A stretch of DNA of 64,000 bases, taken from NCBI GenBank assembly GCA_934646115.1, contig CAKUEM010000003.1:80-64079 (forward strand), in the 5' to 3' direction. The notes beneath the pieces were generated by a model that was not told where the DNA came from, searched no databases, and worked only from the letters and a program-made list of their open reading frames with translations. Below are positions 34,214 through 43,825 of this stretch, in pieces. Position 1 is the stretch's first letter. Every line of letters starts with the position of its first letter. The DNA is from an uncultured Oscillospiraceae bacterium (GTDB lineage Bacteria; Bacillota; Clostridia; Oscillospirales; JAAYXM01). A program made the translations under genes and the position numbers.

Positions 34214-35701
34214 ATGAAAAAACGGATCTTGGCATTGTTTCTTGGGGCTTGCATGCTGCTCGGCAGCGTGCCGGCGCAGGCGGTAACGGCAAAAACGCCG
34301 GACGTGCGCGTGTTGATCGACGGGGAGGAGGTCAAATTGCGCGCATATAACATCGGCGGCGCGAATTACTTTAAGCTGCGCGACCTGGCCTTTGCGCTGC
34401 GCAGCACGGACAAGGCGTTCGATGTGCAGTGGGACGCGAAAAGCCAAACGGTCATGCTTTTTTCGCACCAGGCGTATGTTCCGGTGGGCGGCGAGTGCGC
34501 CGAAGGGGCGTATGCGCCGGCGGAGGCCAAGCCCTCTACGCATCGCGTGACGCTTGACGGGAAGCCGCAAAGCTTTGCGGCGTATCACATCGGCGGGGCG
34601 AATTATTTTAAGCTGCGCGATGTGCTCGGCGCGCTGGATATTGCCGTTGACTGGATCGATGTGAGCCGTACGATCACGATTTCCACAGCGGCTGCGGTGG
34701 ATATGAACCAGATCGTTACGATCCGCTGCGCAGATGAGGAAGATCGGCAAAGCGGCGCGGGATATGGCGTTCTCGTTAGCAAAGACGGCAAGATCTTAAC
34801 CAATTATGATATCATGAAGCGCGCCGCGCGCGCCAAAGCGACCTGGAATAAAGACGGGAAGCAGTATGAAATCACGGGATTTCTCGCTTATGACAAAAAA
34901 CGGAATCTTGCGCTCATGCAAAGTACAATCGTAACGGATACGTTTGCCGTGCTGGCACAGCAACAGCCTTCGGAGAGCGCGCGGATCGTTTTGGCGACGA
35001 GCAAGACTGAGGAAGGCTGGATCGGAAGCTGGATTGAAGACGAGTATTCCAAAGGAAGGGTCATTACCCCCACGGTGCGGGAAGGCGAATGGGGCGCTCC
35101 TGTATTTACCCTTTCGGGCGAGCTGTGCGGCGTGGCGTTTGCGCGCGGAACTCAGTTTGAGATCGATAGCAGGGTCGCGCCGGCCGATGCGGCAAAAAGC
35201 TGGCTGCTTCGCACGGAAGTGACGAGCTTTGAAGCGGCTTATAAGCAAAATTATCCGCTTTCCGGAACGAAAACGATTTCAGACGTGCTTTCGCTGGTGG
35301 GTGCGCAGTATGCGACGCTCTCGCTGCCTGAGGGTACGGTGAAGATTTCAAAAATCGGCATGGGATACAACGAGGATTTTTATAAGTGCATCGACTGTCG
35401 TATCGAGATCAGTGATGTGCAGGCGGGAACGCGCATGTTTGATCGTATGGAAGCAGGAGACGACGAGGAGCAGTGCCGTGCGCTGAAAAGTTATACGAAA
35501 AAGATGGTCGCCACAATTCGGAATTATTTTCCGGAATACGAGGTGTGTGGCGAGGTTTATGTTCGCGCAAGAAGTAATTTAGAGCCGTCTGCCGACGATG
35601 AGATCGAGGATGTGACTGCGGTGCATGGCGGCTGGGAGTTTAATGCGCGGGTATTTTGGTTTGAAGCAACAGATCTTAAAGGATTCTGCACGATGCGATA
35701 G
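34214..35701 (+). CDS. Secreted protein: two stalk (copper amine oxidase N-terminal-like) repeats plus a trypsin-like domain lacking the catalytic triad
   Basis: Signal peptide. Repeats YNIGGANYFKLRDLAFAL and YHIGGANYFKLRDVLGAL. Trypsin_2-like GAGYGVLVSKDGKILTNYDIM, NLALMQ, GEWGAPVF. Confidence 0.65.
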   Translation: MKKRILALFLGACMLLGSVPAQAVTAKTPDVRVLIDGEEVKLRAYNIGGANYFKLRDLAFALRSTDKAFDVQWDAKSQTVMLFSHQAYVPVGGECAEGAYAPAEAKPSTHRVTLDGKPQSFAAYHIGGANYFKLRDVLGALDIAVDWIDVSRTITISTAAAVDMNQIVTIRCADEEDRQSGAGYGVLVSKDGKILTNYDIMKRAARAKATWNKDGKQYEITGFLAYDKKRNLALMQSTIVTDTFAVLAQQQPSESARIVLATSKTEEGWIGSWIEDEYSKGRVITPTVREGEWGAPVFTLSGELCGVAFARGTQFEIDSRVAPADAAKSWLLRTEVTSFEAAYKQNYPLSGTKTISDVLSLVGAQYATLSLPEGTVKISKIGMGYNEDFYKCIDCRIEISDVQAGTRMFDRMEAGDDEEQCRALKSYTKKMVATIRNYFPEYEVCGEVYVRARSNLEPSADDEIEDVTAVHGGWEFNARVFWFEATDLKGFCTMR

Positions 35702-35780
35702 CTGAGTTGCCGCCATGCAGGCGAAAAATAGGGGCAGTGGCTCGCGCCGCCGCCCCAATTCGCAAAATTTCAGAAAAACG

Positions 35781-35806
35781 GAGCCGGGAGATCGATCTCC
35801 CGGCTC
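35781..35806. terminator. Bidirectional terminator between convergent genes
   Basis: GAGCCGGGAGATCGATCTCCCGGCTC is a perfect palindrome, with an A-run before it and a T-rich tail after it. Confidence 0.7.
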
Positions 35807-35814
35807 TGCTGCTT

Positions 35815-36489
35815 TTACAGAATACGCCCGTCGGTCGACAGGATGATCACCTTGCTCGGAATGCGTTTTCCGCACTCGTGCAGCGCGCGTTCCGCTGCCT
35901 GCGCAAGACCGCCGCAGCACGGAACTTCCATGCGCACGACCGTGACGCTGCGGATCTCATTTTCGCGCAGGATCGCGGTCAGCTTTTCGGAATACTCCAC
36001 AGAATCCAGCTTGGGGCAGCCGATCAGCGTAACGCGCCCGCGCATCAGCTCATCGTGAAAATTCCCATAGGCAAATGCGGTGCAGTCTGCGGCGATCAGC
36101 AGGTCCGCCTGATGAAAATACGGCGCATTCGGCGCGACCAGCTGGATCTGCACTGGCCACTGTGCAAGCTGCGAAGCGACCTGCGTTTGCGGCGCGTTTG
36201 CGGCGCTCGGACGCAGCTGCTGCGCCAGCATCCCGGGGCATCCGGCATGCTGTGCGCGCTGATTTGCGGCAACCGCTTCCGCGTCATAGGCGCTCGCTTC
36301 GCGCTCAACAAATGAGATCGCGCCGGTCGGGCAAGCGGGCAGACAATCGCCAAGCCCGTCGCAATAATCGTCGCGCAGAAGCTGCGCCTTGCCGTCGACC
36401 ATGCCGATCGCGCCCTCATGGCATGCTTTCGCGCATAATCCGCAGCCATTGCAGCGTGCTTCGTTGATCTCAATAATTTTTCTTACCAT
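35815..36489 (-). CDS. 4Fe-4S dicluster domain protein
   Basis: CNGCGLCAKACHEGA and CDGLGDCLPACPTGA ferredoxin motifs, plus a C-terminal CC pair. AGGAG RBS before the ATG at 36489. Confidence 0.8.
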   Translation of the reverse strand: MVRKIIEINEARCNGCGLCAKACHEGAIGMVDGKAQLLRDDYCDGLGDCLPACPTGAISFVEREASAYDAEAVAANQRAQHAGCPGMLAQQLRPSAANAPQTQVASQLAQWPVQIQLVAPNAPYFHQADLLIAADCTAFAYGNFHDELMRGRVTLIGCPKLDSVEYSEKLTAILRENEIRSVTVVRMEVPCCGGLAQAAERALHECGKRIPSKVIILSTDGRIL

Positions 36490-36615
36490 AAATATATCGC
36501 TCCTTTTTTTGCATCCAGCGCACAGGTTATGGCGCAAAGCTCTTGTGTTTACGGTGATATTCTACTATACTGGTGGTATACTGTATGTGGTATTTCCAAC
36601 AAAGAGGTGATTTTT

Positions 36616-37284
36616 TTGCAAAAATATTTGGAAATTTTAAAAGAAACGCCGCTGTTTGCCGGAATTTCAGAGCATGCGCTGCCCGAGACGCTCGCGTGCT
36701 TGGGCGCGCGCACGGCACAGTATCAGAAGGGCGAATATATTTGGCATGAGGGCGACGCAGCGACGCCCGTAGGGGTGGTGCTGTCCGGCAGTGTGCAGAT
36801 CGCGCACGAGGATTATTGGGGCGATCGCGTGATCATGGCGCGCGCCCAGCGCGCGGAGCTGTTTGGCGAGGCGTTTGCCATTGCGGGCATTCCCGCAGGG
36901 GCTGCCGCGGTGGCGAGCCATGACTGCGAGGTGCTGCTGTTTGATTGCGCGCGGCTGCTGAAGCCCCACGCGCAGGCGTGTGCGCTTGATCCCCGCTTGC
37001 TGCGCAATATGCTGCAAATTCTTGCGGATAAAAATCATGTGCTGACGCGCAAGCTGTTTTACGTCACGCGGAAAACCACGCGGGAGAAGCTGCTCGCTTA
37101 TTTATCCGCCTGTGCGCAGGCGGCGGGGAGCGCGTCGTTTTCCATTCCGTTTGACCGGCAGGAGCTGGCGGATTATCTCGCGGTGGATCGCAGCGCCATG
37201 TCGCATGAGCTGTCCCGCTTGCGCGACGAGGGCGTCTTGCGCACGGATAGGCGCAAATTTTGCCTGCTGCAGCCGCAACGGTAA
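36616..37284 (+). CDS. Crp/Fnr family transcriptional regulator
   Basis: cNMP-binding-like N-terminus (LKETPLFAGISEHAL) and a C-terminal HTH (QELADYLAVDRSAMSHELSRLRDEG). TTG start after AGAGGTG. Confidence 0.85.
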   Translation: MQKYLEILKETPLFAGISEHALPETLACLGARTAQYQKGEYIWHEGDAATPVGVVLSGSVQIAHEDYWGDRVIMARAQRAELFGEAFAIAGIPAGAAAVASHDCEVLLFDCARLLKPHAQACALDPRLLRNMLQILADKNHVLTRKLFYVTRKTTREKLLAYLSACAQAAGSASFSIPFDRQELADYLAVDRSAMSHELSRLRDEGVLRTDRRKFCLLQPQR

Positions 37285-37292
37285 AATTTTCT

Positions 37293-37321
37293 TTGTCAAC
37301 CGAACGCGTTTGTGGTAGAAT
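37293..37321 (+). promoter_or_regulatory. Promoter with extended -10
   Basis: TTGTCA (37293-37298), 17 nt, TG-n-TAGAAT (37313-37321). Confidence 0.55.
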
Positions 37322-37353
37322 ATCTTCATCTGGCGGAGGAGGTGAACCGCGCG

Positions 37354-38190
37354 GTGAATACAAAATCATGGAGCTTGTTTGAAGCGCTTGTATTTTATTT
37401 GGGATATTTGGCGTCCGGGCTGATCGCGCGGCTCGCGCTGCTTTTGTTTCATGCAACGCGCCTTGCGCTTGAAAATCAGCAAAATCATGCGCTGTTTGAC
37501 GGGCAGCGTTTTTTTGCCGAGGTGCTTTCTGCAGTGGAGCGCCGCCCGATGGTCATTCTGCTGCTTGCGGATCTTGCGGTCGTCTTACTGCTTGTGGTCG
37601 TGATTCGCGCGCGGGGCGAGCGGCCTGTGCGCTACCTGGCGCTGACGCGCGCGCCGGTCTCCGGCTTGTTCGGCGCGGTGGGCGCGGGGGTCGGGTTTCG
37701 GTATGCGTTCTCTTGGCTTCTCACGCTGCTGCTCGGCGGCAGTGCCACGCTGCAAAACTATAATCAGCATATGGAGCAGTTTGTGGATGATGCGTTCTGG
37801 CTGGTGCTGTGCGCGGTGGTGCTTGCCGCGCCGGTGATCGAGGAATTGGTGTTTCGCGGGGCGCTGTTTCGCGCGCTTGAGCGCAGCTTCCATAAGGGCG
37901 CTGCGATTTTTGTGCCGTCCGTGCTGTTCGCGCTTGCGCATACCGATCCGGTGCAGATGGCGTATGCGTTTGTGCTGGGGCTGCTGCTCGCGGTCACGCG
38001 GGCGCGCTCCGGAAGGCTTTTGCCCTGCATTTTTCTGCATATGGCGTTTAATGCGGCGAATTTTCTGCAATTTACGCTGCCGGTTTGGGCGGTCATGCTG
38101 GCGACGATCGCCTGTTATCTCTTAACGCTGCGCGGCGGAAAACGTATAAATCGGAAAAAGCATTGTCAGAATGCTGCGAATTTGCTATAA
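37354..38190 (+). CDS. CPBP family intramembrane glutamic endopeptidase (CAAX protease-like)
   Basis: Motifs IEELVFRG, FALAHT and HMAFNA. The start (GTG at 37354 after GGAGGAGG) is uncertain. Confidence 0.8.
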   Translation: MNTKSWSLFEALVFYLGYLASGLIARLALLLFHATRLALENQQNHALFDGQRFFAEVLSAVERRPMVILLLADLAVVLLLVVVIRARGERPVRYLALTRAPVSGLFGAVGAGVGFRYAFSWLLTLLLGGSATLQNYNQHMEQFVDDAFWLVLCAVVLAAPVIEELVFRGALFRALERSFHKGAAIFVPSVLFALAHTDPVQMAYAFVLGLLLAVTRARSGRLLPCIFLHMAFNAANFLQFTLPVWAVMLATIACYLLTLRGGKRINRKKHCQNAANLL

Positions 38191-38225
38191 TAAAATTGTC
38201 TATCGAATGATGGGAGGGGAATCAC

Positions 38226-40217
38226 GTGAATAAACGCTTTATGCGCATGCTGGAGCCGCGTTTTCGCCTGTGCTTTATCATGCTGGTTTTATTCGCGCTC
38301 AGCTCCTTCTTTATTTCGCCGTGGCTTGCGGCGGGCGAGCTTGCGGCGGTTCTGCTTGTGTATCTGCAGTTCCGGCATGCGGTGACGAAGCGCAACCGCG
38401 AGGTGCTGCAATACGTTGAAAACATGATGTATAACGTCGACGCGGCAACGAAGGATTCTCTGCTGAATTTCCCGCTGCCGATGGCGATCGTGAAGCTCGC
38501 GAGCGATGAGTTGATTTGGTATAACGATGCGTTTATGGATCTTTCCGATGCGCATGAGCATGTATTTGAAACGCATATGCTGGATATGATGCCCTCGCTT
38601 TCGCTGCATTGGCTTGCGGAAGGGAAGCACGAGTGCCCGACCGATGTGAAAATCGGCGCGCGCAGCTTCCGCGTTTTGGGAAACCTCGTCCGGGCGGATA
38701 CGGAGAGCGCGAAGGACGATTTGCTTGCAACGCTGTATTTTCTTGAAAATTCTGAGCTGCGCAGCTTGCAAAAGCAGTTTGCGGACACACGGCAGATCGT
38801 GTCTATTCTTCTGATCGATAACTTCGATGAGATCATGAACGGCGTGGACGATTCCGGGCGTAACGCGATTTTGGCGGCAATCGATGAAAAAATTGCAAAA
38901 TGGATCGAGCCGGCGCACGGGATCATCATTCATTCCGAGCGGGATCGCTATGTCTTTTTGTTTGAAAGCCAGTATTTTGAGAGCTACCGGGAAGAGCGCT
39001 TTCACCTGCTCGACGCGGTGCGCGAGGTCGTCAGCGTAAACGGCATTCATGCCACGCTGAGTATCGGCATCGGCAAAGACGGTGCGAGCTTTTATGAAAA
39101 TTATAAAAATGCGCAGCTCGCGATCGAGATGTCGCTCTCGCGCGGCGGCGACCAGGCGGTGATCCGCAACGCGATTCAGTTTGAGTTTTACGGCGGACGC
39201 ACCGAAGAGGTGGAAAAACGCACAAAGGTGAAGTCACGCGTGATGTCAAACGCGCTGGCAGAGTTGATCAAAGACGCGTCGAGCGTGCTGGTTATGGGGC
39301 ATCGCAACGCGGATAATGACAGCATCGGCGCGGCGATCGGCGTGCTTGCCATGGCGCGCACGCTTGGCAAAAGCGGCAATATCGTTCTGCGCAAGCAGGA
39401 GAATAACGCGGAAGCGCTGTGTAAAATGATCGCGCAGGATGCGCATTATGCAAACGTTTTTATCACGGCGGAGGACGCGATGGTCGAGGCGGACCGCAAC
39501 ACGCTCCTCGTCGTGGTGGACACGAACCGCCCGCTTTATGTTGAGTCGCAGCCGCTGCTTGAATCGGTCAATAAAGTTGCGGTGATCGACCATCACCGTC
39601 GCTCGGCGGAGTATATCGAAAACGCGCTGCTCAATTTCCATGAGCCATACGCTTCGTCCACGTGCGAGCTTGTGACCGAGCTGCTGCAATATCTGCTGGG
39701 CAAGCCGGATCTTCTGCGCTGTGAGGCGGAGGCGCTGCTCGCGGGGATCGTTTTGGATACAAAGAATTTCACAATGAAGACCGGCGTGCGCACGTTTGAG
39801 GCGGCGGCATTTTTGCGCCGCGCGGGCGCGGATACCGTTGCGGTCAAGCGCCTTTTGCAAAATGATCTGGATACGTATGTGCATCGCGCGCAGATCGTGA
39901 AGCTTGCGAAGATCTACAAGGGCTGTATCGCGATCGCCGCATATGAAGGCGCGTCCGACCGGGTGACGGCGGCGCAGGCGGCGGACGATCTGCTGAATAT
40001 CACAAAAATTCAGGCGTCGTTTGTGCTGTATCAGGCGTCGGACAGCGTGATCATTTCCGCCCGCTCGCTGGGGAATATCAATGTGCAGATCATCTTAGAA
40101 AAGCTGGGCGGCGGCGGACATTTGGGCACGGCGGGCGCGCAGGTGCGCGGAAAGAGCATGCAGGATGTGCAAAAAGAGCTGATCGCGGCGATCGACCAGG
40201 TTGTTGAGGACGAATAG
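38226..40217 (+). CDS. gdpP: Cyclic-di-AMP phosphodiesterase GdpP (TM-PAS-degenerate GGDEF-DHH/DHHA1)
   Basis: Two N-terminal TM helices. DHH motifs GHRNADNDSIGA, DHHR and GGGGH. Conserved position upstream of rplI-dnaB. Confidence 0.9.
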   Translation: MNKRFMRMLEPRFRLCFIMLVLFALSSFFISPWLAAGELAAVLLVYLQFRHAVTKRNREVLQYVENMMYNVDAATKDSLLNFPLPMAIVKLASDELIWYNDAFMDLSDAHEHVFETHMLDMMPSLSLHWLAEGKHECPTDVKIGARSFRVLGNLVRADTESAKDDLLATLYFLENSELRSLQKQFADTRQIVSILLIDNFDEIMNGVDDSGRNAILAAIDEKIAKWIEPAHGIIIHSERDRYVFLFESQYFESYREERFHLLDAVREVVSVNGIHATLSIGIGKDGASFYENYKNAQLAIEMSLSRGGDQAVIRNAIQFEFYGGRTEEVEKRTKVKSRVMSNALAELIKDASSVLVMGHRNADNDSIGAAIGVLAMARTLGKSGNIVLRKQENNAEALCKMIAQDAHYANVFITAEDAMVEADRNTLLVVVDTNRPLYVESQPLLESVNKVAVIDHHRRSAEYIENALLNFHEPYASSTCELVTELLQYLLGKPDLLRCEAEALLAGIVLDTKNFTMKTGVRTFEAAAFLRRAGADTVAVKRLLQNDLDTYVHRAQIVKLAKIYKGCIAIAAYEGASDRVTAAQAADDLLNITKIQASFVLYQASDSVIISARSLGNINVQIILEKLGGGGHLGTAGAQVRGKSMQDVQKELIAAIDQVVEDE

Positions 40218-40232
40218 ACGGAGGTTATGATT

Positions 40233-40679
40233 ATGAAGGTTATTTTACAGGCGGACGTGAAGGGCAAGGGCAAAAAGGGCCAGCTCGTCAATGTGTCTGA
40301 CGGGTATGCGCGCAACTTTCTGTTCCCGAAAAAGCTTGCCGTTGAGGCAAATTCCAGCAATTTAAACGAAATGAAGCAGCGCCAGGCGGCGGAAGAGGCG
40401 CGCATCGCGCGCGAGCGCGCGGCGGCGCAGGAGATCGCGGAGAAGCTCAAAAGCTGCATGGTGCTAATCTCTGCCAAGGCGGGCACGGGCGGTCGCCTTT
40501 TCGGCTCTGTGACCGCGTCGGAGATCGCGGATGGCTTAAAGGCGCAGTTTGGCATTGAGATCGACCGCCATAAGATCATTCTTGATGAGAATATCAAGGC
40601 GTTTGGCACCTATGAGCTGAAGGCAAAGCTTTATAATGATGTGTCCGGGACGGTATTTGTCACGGTGAAAGAGGCGTAA
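40233..40679 (+). CDS. rplI: 50S ribosomal protein L9
   Basis: [36 protein letters not shown]. Confidence 0.95.
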   Translation: MKVILQADVKGKGKKGQLVNVSDGYARNFLFPKKLAVEANSSNLNEMKQRQAAEEARIARERAAAQEIAEKLKSCMVLISAKAGTGGRLFGSVTASEIADGLKAQFGIEIDRHKIILDENIKAFGTYELKAKLYNDVSGTVFVTVKEA

Positions 40680-40680
40680 T

Positions 40681-42018
40681 ATGGACGAACTTCTCGGTCG
40701 GCAGCTTCCCCATAGCATCGAGGCGGAGCAATCTGTGCTGGGCGCTATGCTGATTGATCCGCGCTGCATTTCCGAGGTGGTGGAGACGCTCCGCCCCGAG
40801 GATTTTTATATGACGCAGAACCGCCATATCTTTGAAACGATCTATTCTATGTTCACGCTCAGTCAGACGATCGACCCGGTCACGGTGCTCGATCAGTTGA
40901 CTGTGCGCGGGCTTTCCGATGCTGCCGGCGGGCGCAAGTATTTCCTTGAATTGATGGAGATCACGCCAACCGCCGCGAACGTGAAGCTTTATGTGAAGAT
41001 CGTGAAGGATAAGGCGCTTTTGCGCGCGCTGGGCGAGGCGTCGGCCGAGATCACAGAGCTTGTTACAAGCGGCGAGGGCGAGGCGGAAGAGGTCGTTGAG
41101 CTTGCCGAGCAGAAGGTATATGCGGTTCGTAATTCCAAGGAGCATAAGGGGCTTGCAAGCATTTCGAGCGTTCTGATGGATGTGTATGACCATTTGGGCG
41201 AGCTTGCGAAAAATAACGGCCGCGTGCCCGGCATTCCGACCGGGTTTTCCTCGATCGACTCTTTCTTAAGCGGGCTGAATAATTCTGATTTGATCCTGCT
41301 TGCGGCGCGCCCCGGTATGGGCAAAACATCCGCGGCGCTCAATATTGCGACCAATGCGGCGAAAGAATCGGGCAAGGCGGTCGTGATTTTTTCACTTGAA
41401 ATGTCAAACGAGCAGCTGGCGCTGCGCCTGATCTCCAGCGAGTCGCTCGTCGATTCCAAGAAGCTGCGCACCGGGCTGCTGAGCGAGGATGAATGGGTCT
41501 CGATCGCACATGCGTCCAGCCAGCTGTCGCAAACGCGCTTGTATTTGGACGATACGTCCGGCATTACCGTGCCGGAAATGAAGGCGAAATGCCGCCGACT
41601 CGGCGAAGAGCTTGGACTTGTTGTGATCGACTATTTGCAGCTGATGCAAAGCGGGCGGCGGTCAGAAAACCGCGTGCAGGAGGTCAGCGAGATCTCGCGT
41701 TCGCTGAAAATCATGGCGAAAGAGCTGAATGTTCCGGTGCTGTGTCTGTCGCAGCTTTCGCGCGGACCGGAGCAGCGCGGCGATAATGAGCGCCGTCCGC
41801 GCCTGGCAGACCTGCGTGAATCCGGCGCGATCGAGCAGGATGCCGACGTGGTGCTCTTTATTTACCGCGATGATTATTATCGGAATGAAGAAAGCGAAGA
41901 GCCGGGCGTTGCCGAATTTTTGGTGCAAAAGAACCGTCATGGCGAGGTGGGCACGATCAAGCTCCACTGGGACGGCGAGCACACCAAATTCTCGGAGATC
42001 GACCGAATTCATGGTTAA
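40681..42018 (+). CDS. dnaB: Replicative DNA helicase
   Basis: PHSIEAEQSVLGAML N-terminus, Walker A ARPGMGKTS, and RecA-like C-terminal motifs. Confidence 0.95.
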   Translation: MDELLGRQLPHSIEAEQSVLGAMLIDPRCISEVVETLRPEDFYMTQNRHIFETIYSMFTLSQTIDPVTVLDQLTVRGLSDAAGGRKYFLELMEITPTAANVKLYVKIVKDKALLRALGEASAEITELVTSGEGEAEEVVELAEQKVYAVRNSKEHKGLASISSVLMDVYDHLGELAKNNGRVPGIPTGFSSIDSFLSGLNNSDLILLAARPGMGKTSAALNIATNAAKESGKAVVIFSLEMSNEQLALRLISSESLVDSKKLRTGLLSEDEWVSIAHASSQLSQTRLYLDDTSGITVPEMKAKCRRLGEELGLVVIDYLQLMQSGRRSENRVQEVSEISRSLKIMAKELNVPVLCLSQLSRGPEQRGDNERRPRLADLRESGAIEQDADVVLFIYRDDYYRNEESEEPGVAEFLVQKNRHGEVGTIKLHWDGEHTKFSEIDRIHG

Positions 42019-43270
42019 AACGATGTTGGATACTGTGCTGCAAACGATAAACGAATATCAAATGCTTGCGCGCGGAGAGCGTGTGGTCTGTGCCGTTTCG
42101 GGCGGGGCAGACTCTGTTGCTATGCTCCGCGCGCTTTGCCTTTTGCGCGAGCGGCTGGGGATTGAGGTGTGCGCGGCGCACTGCAACCATGGGCTGCGCG
42201 GCGCGGAGTCTGACCGTGACGCGGCGTTTGCAAAGGCGCTGTGCGCGGAGCTTGGCGTTTCATGCTACACGGAAACGCTGACGCTCGATCCGCATGCACC
42301 GGGGCTGGAGGCGCGCGCACGCGAGGCGCGGTATGCGTTTTTTGCCCGTGCGGCGGAGGCGCTTCATGCGCAAAAAATCGCGACTGCGCACCATGCAAAC
42401 GATAATTTAGAAACGCTTCTTTTTCATCTTGCGCGCGGCAGCGGGCTGCGCGGTCTGTGCGGAATTCCGCCTGTGCGCGGGAATATTATCCGCCCGATGC
42501 TTATGGTCACCAAAGAGCAGATCCTTGCTTTTTTGCGGCGCGAGGGCGCGGCATGGGTGGAGGATGCGACAAATTATGACGAGGATTTCACGCGGAATTT
42601 GATCCGCGCGCGTATCGTCCCGCTTCTGTGCGAGATTTCACCCGCGGCGGCGGAAAATGCGGCGCGCTGTCAAACCACGCTGCGGCAAGATGAAGACGCA
42701 TTGTGCCGCGCGGCAGAGGCATGGCTTGCCGGGCAGGCGGATGAAACGGCGCTGCCGATTGCGGCGGGCGCGCTGCCGGATGCGCTTGCCGCGCGCGTCG
42801 TGCAGCTGAAATGTAAAAAAATCATGAAAAAAGACAATCAGGTATTGGATTTTTCGCACGTTTGCGCTATAATAAATCTAATGCGTCAACCGGAGACGGT
42901 CGGTCGTGTGAGCCTTGCGCAGGAGTGGAGCGCTTGCCGCGCCGGCGATCGCATCTATTTTGTGAAGGCTGCGCCGCCGCTTGCGCAGACAAGGCTGCGA
43001 TGCGGCGAGAGCCTGTGCGTTTCGGGCTATCGCATCACCTGTACGGATGGGGAGATCCTTGTGCGTGCGCGCAGGGACGGCGATCGCATTCGGCTTGCCG
43101 GGCGCAAAACCCGGTTGATTAAAAAAATTTTTTGCGATGCAAAAATTCCGCGCCATCTGCGTGATCAAATTCCTGTGATCGAGCGGGATGGGGCGATTAT
43201 CGCGATTTGTGGGTTCGGCTTTGCCGAGGGATATGACAACGGAGGTGTTCAAATTGCATTCGATTCATGA
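42011..43270 (+). CDS. tilS: tRNA(Ile)-lysidine synthase
   Basis: PP-loop SGGADS. The start is 42011 or 42023. The much longer ORF-track start (41729) overlaps dnaB and is rejected. Confidence 0.9.
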   Translation: MVKTMLDTVLQTINEYQMLARGERVVCAVSGGADSVAMLRALCLLRERLGIEVCAAHCNHGLRGAESDRDAAFAKALCAELGVSCYTETLTLDPHAPGLEARAREARYAFFARAAEALHAQKIATAHHANDNLETLLFHLARGSGLRGLCGIPPVRGNIIRPMLMVTKEQILAFLRREGAAWVEDATNYDEDFTRNLIRARIVPLLCEISPAAAENAARCQTTLRQDEDALCRAAEAWLAGQADETALPIAAGALPDALAARVVQLKCKKIMKKDNQVLDFSHVCAIINLMRQPETVGRVSLAQEWSACRAGDRIYFVKAAPPLAQTRLRCGESLCVSGYRITCTDGEILVRARRDGDRIRLAGRKTRLIKKIFCDAKIPRHLRDQIPVIERDGAIIAICGFGFAEGYDNGGVQIAFDS

Positions 43271-43802
43271 CGATGTGAAAGAAGTTCTTGCCAGCGCAGA
43301 GGAAATTTCTGCGATCGTTAAAAGACTGGGAAAACAGTTGACCGAGGAATATGCAGACAGTAATCCGCTTATATTATGTATATTAAAGGGCGCTGCGCCG
43401 TTCGCGATGGATCTCATCCGCGCGATCGACTGCCCGGCGGAGATGGATTTCCTTCAGGTTTCGTCGTATGGCAACGGCACGACGTCGCAGGGGTTTGTGT
43501 TTAAAAAGGATGCGGATATTGACCTGGCCGGGCGTGACGTGATTATTGTAGATGATATTTTAGATACCGGCAACACGCTGATGAATTTGTGCGAGCTGCT
43601 GAGCACGCGCGGCACAAAATCGATCCGCCTGTGCGTGATGTTTGACAAAAAGCCGCGCCGCGAGGCGCCGATCGAGGCGGATTATGTCGGCATGGAGGTG
43701 CCGGATGAGTTTTTGATCGGCTATGGGCTTGACTATGCGGAAAAATACCGCAATTTACCTTATGTTGGTATTTTAAAACCTTCGGTTTACGCGGAGAAAT
43801 AG
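43254..43802 (+). CDS. hpt: Hypoxanthine phosphoribosyltransferase
   Basis: PRPP-binding motif VIIVDDILDTGNT. TTG start 6 nt after GGAGGTG. Confidence 0.9.
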   Translation: MHSIHDDVKEVLASAEEISAIVKRLGKQLTEEYADSNPLILCILKGAAPFAMDLIRAIDCPAEMDFLQVSSYGNGTTSQGFVFKKDADIDLAGRDVIIVDDILDTGNTLMNLCELLSTRGTKSIRLCVMFDKKPRREAPIEADYVGMEVPDEFLIGYGLDYAEKYRNLPYVGILKPSVYAEK

Positions 43803-43825
43803 GAACGAGAGGACGTGACCGTATT

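Noticed and set aside
36490-36615. A possible Crp/Fnr box, and the repeated GTGGTAT/TATACTG motifs, between the divergent 4Fe-4S and Crp/Fnr genes.
   Set aside because: I could not find a convincing TTGAT-N4-ATCAA or TGTGA-N6-TCACA palindrome. The short repeats overlap probable -10 elements and are too weak to call.
41729-42010. The long N-terminal extension of tilS given by the ORF track (start at 41729).
   Set aside because: It overlaps the 3' third of dnaB in another frame. The TilS-like sequence (PP-loop context) begins only after the ATG at 42011 or 42023.
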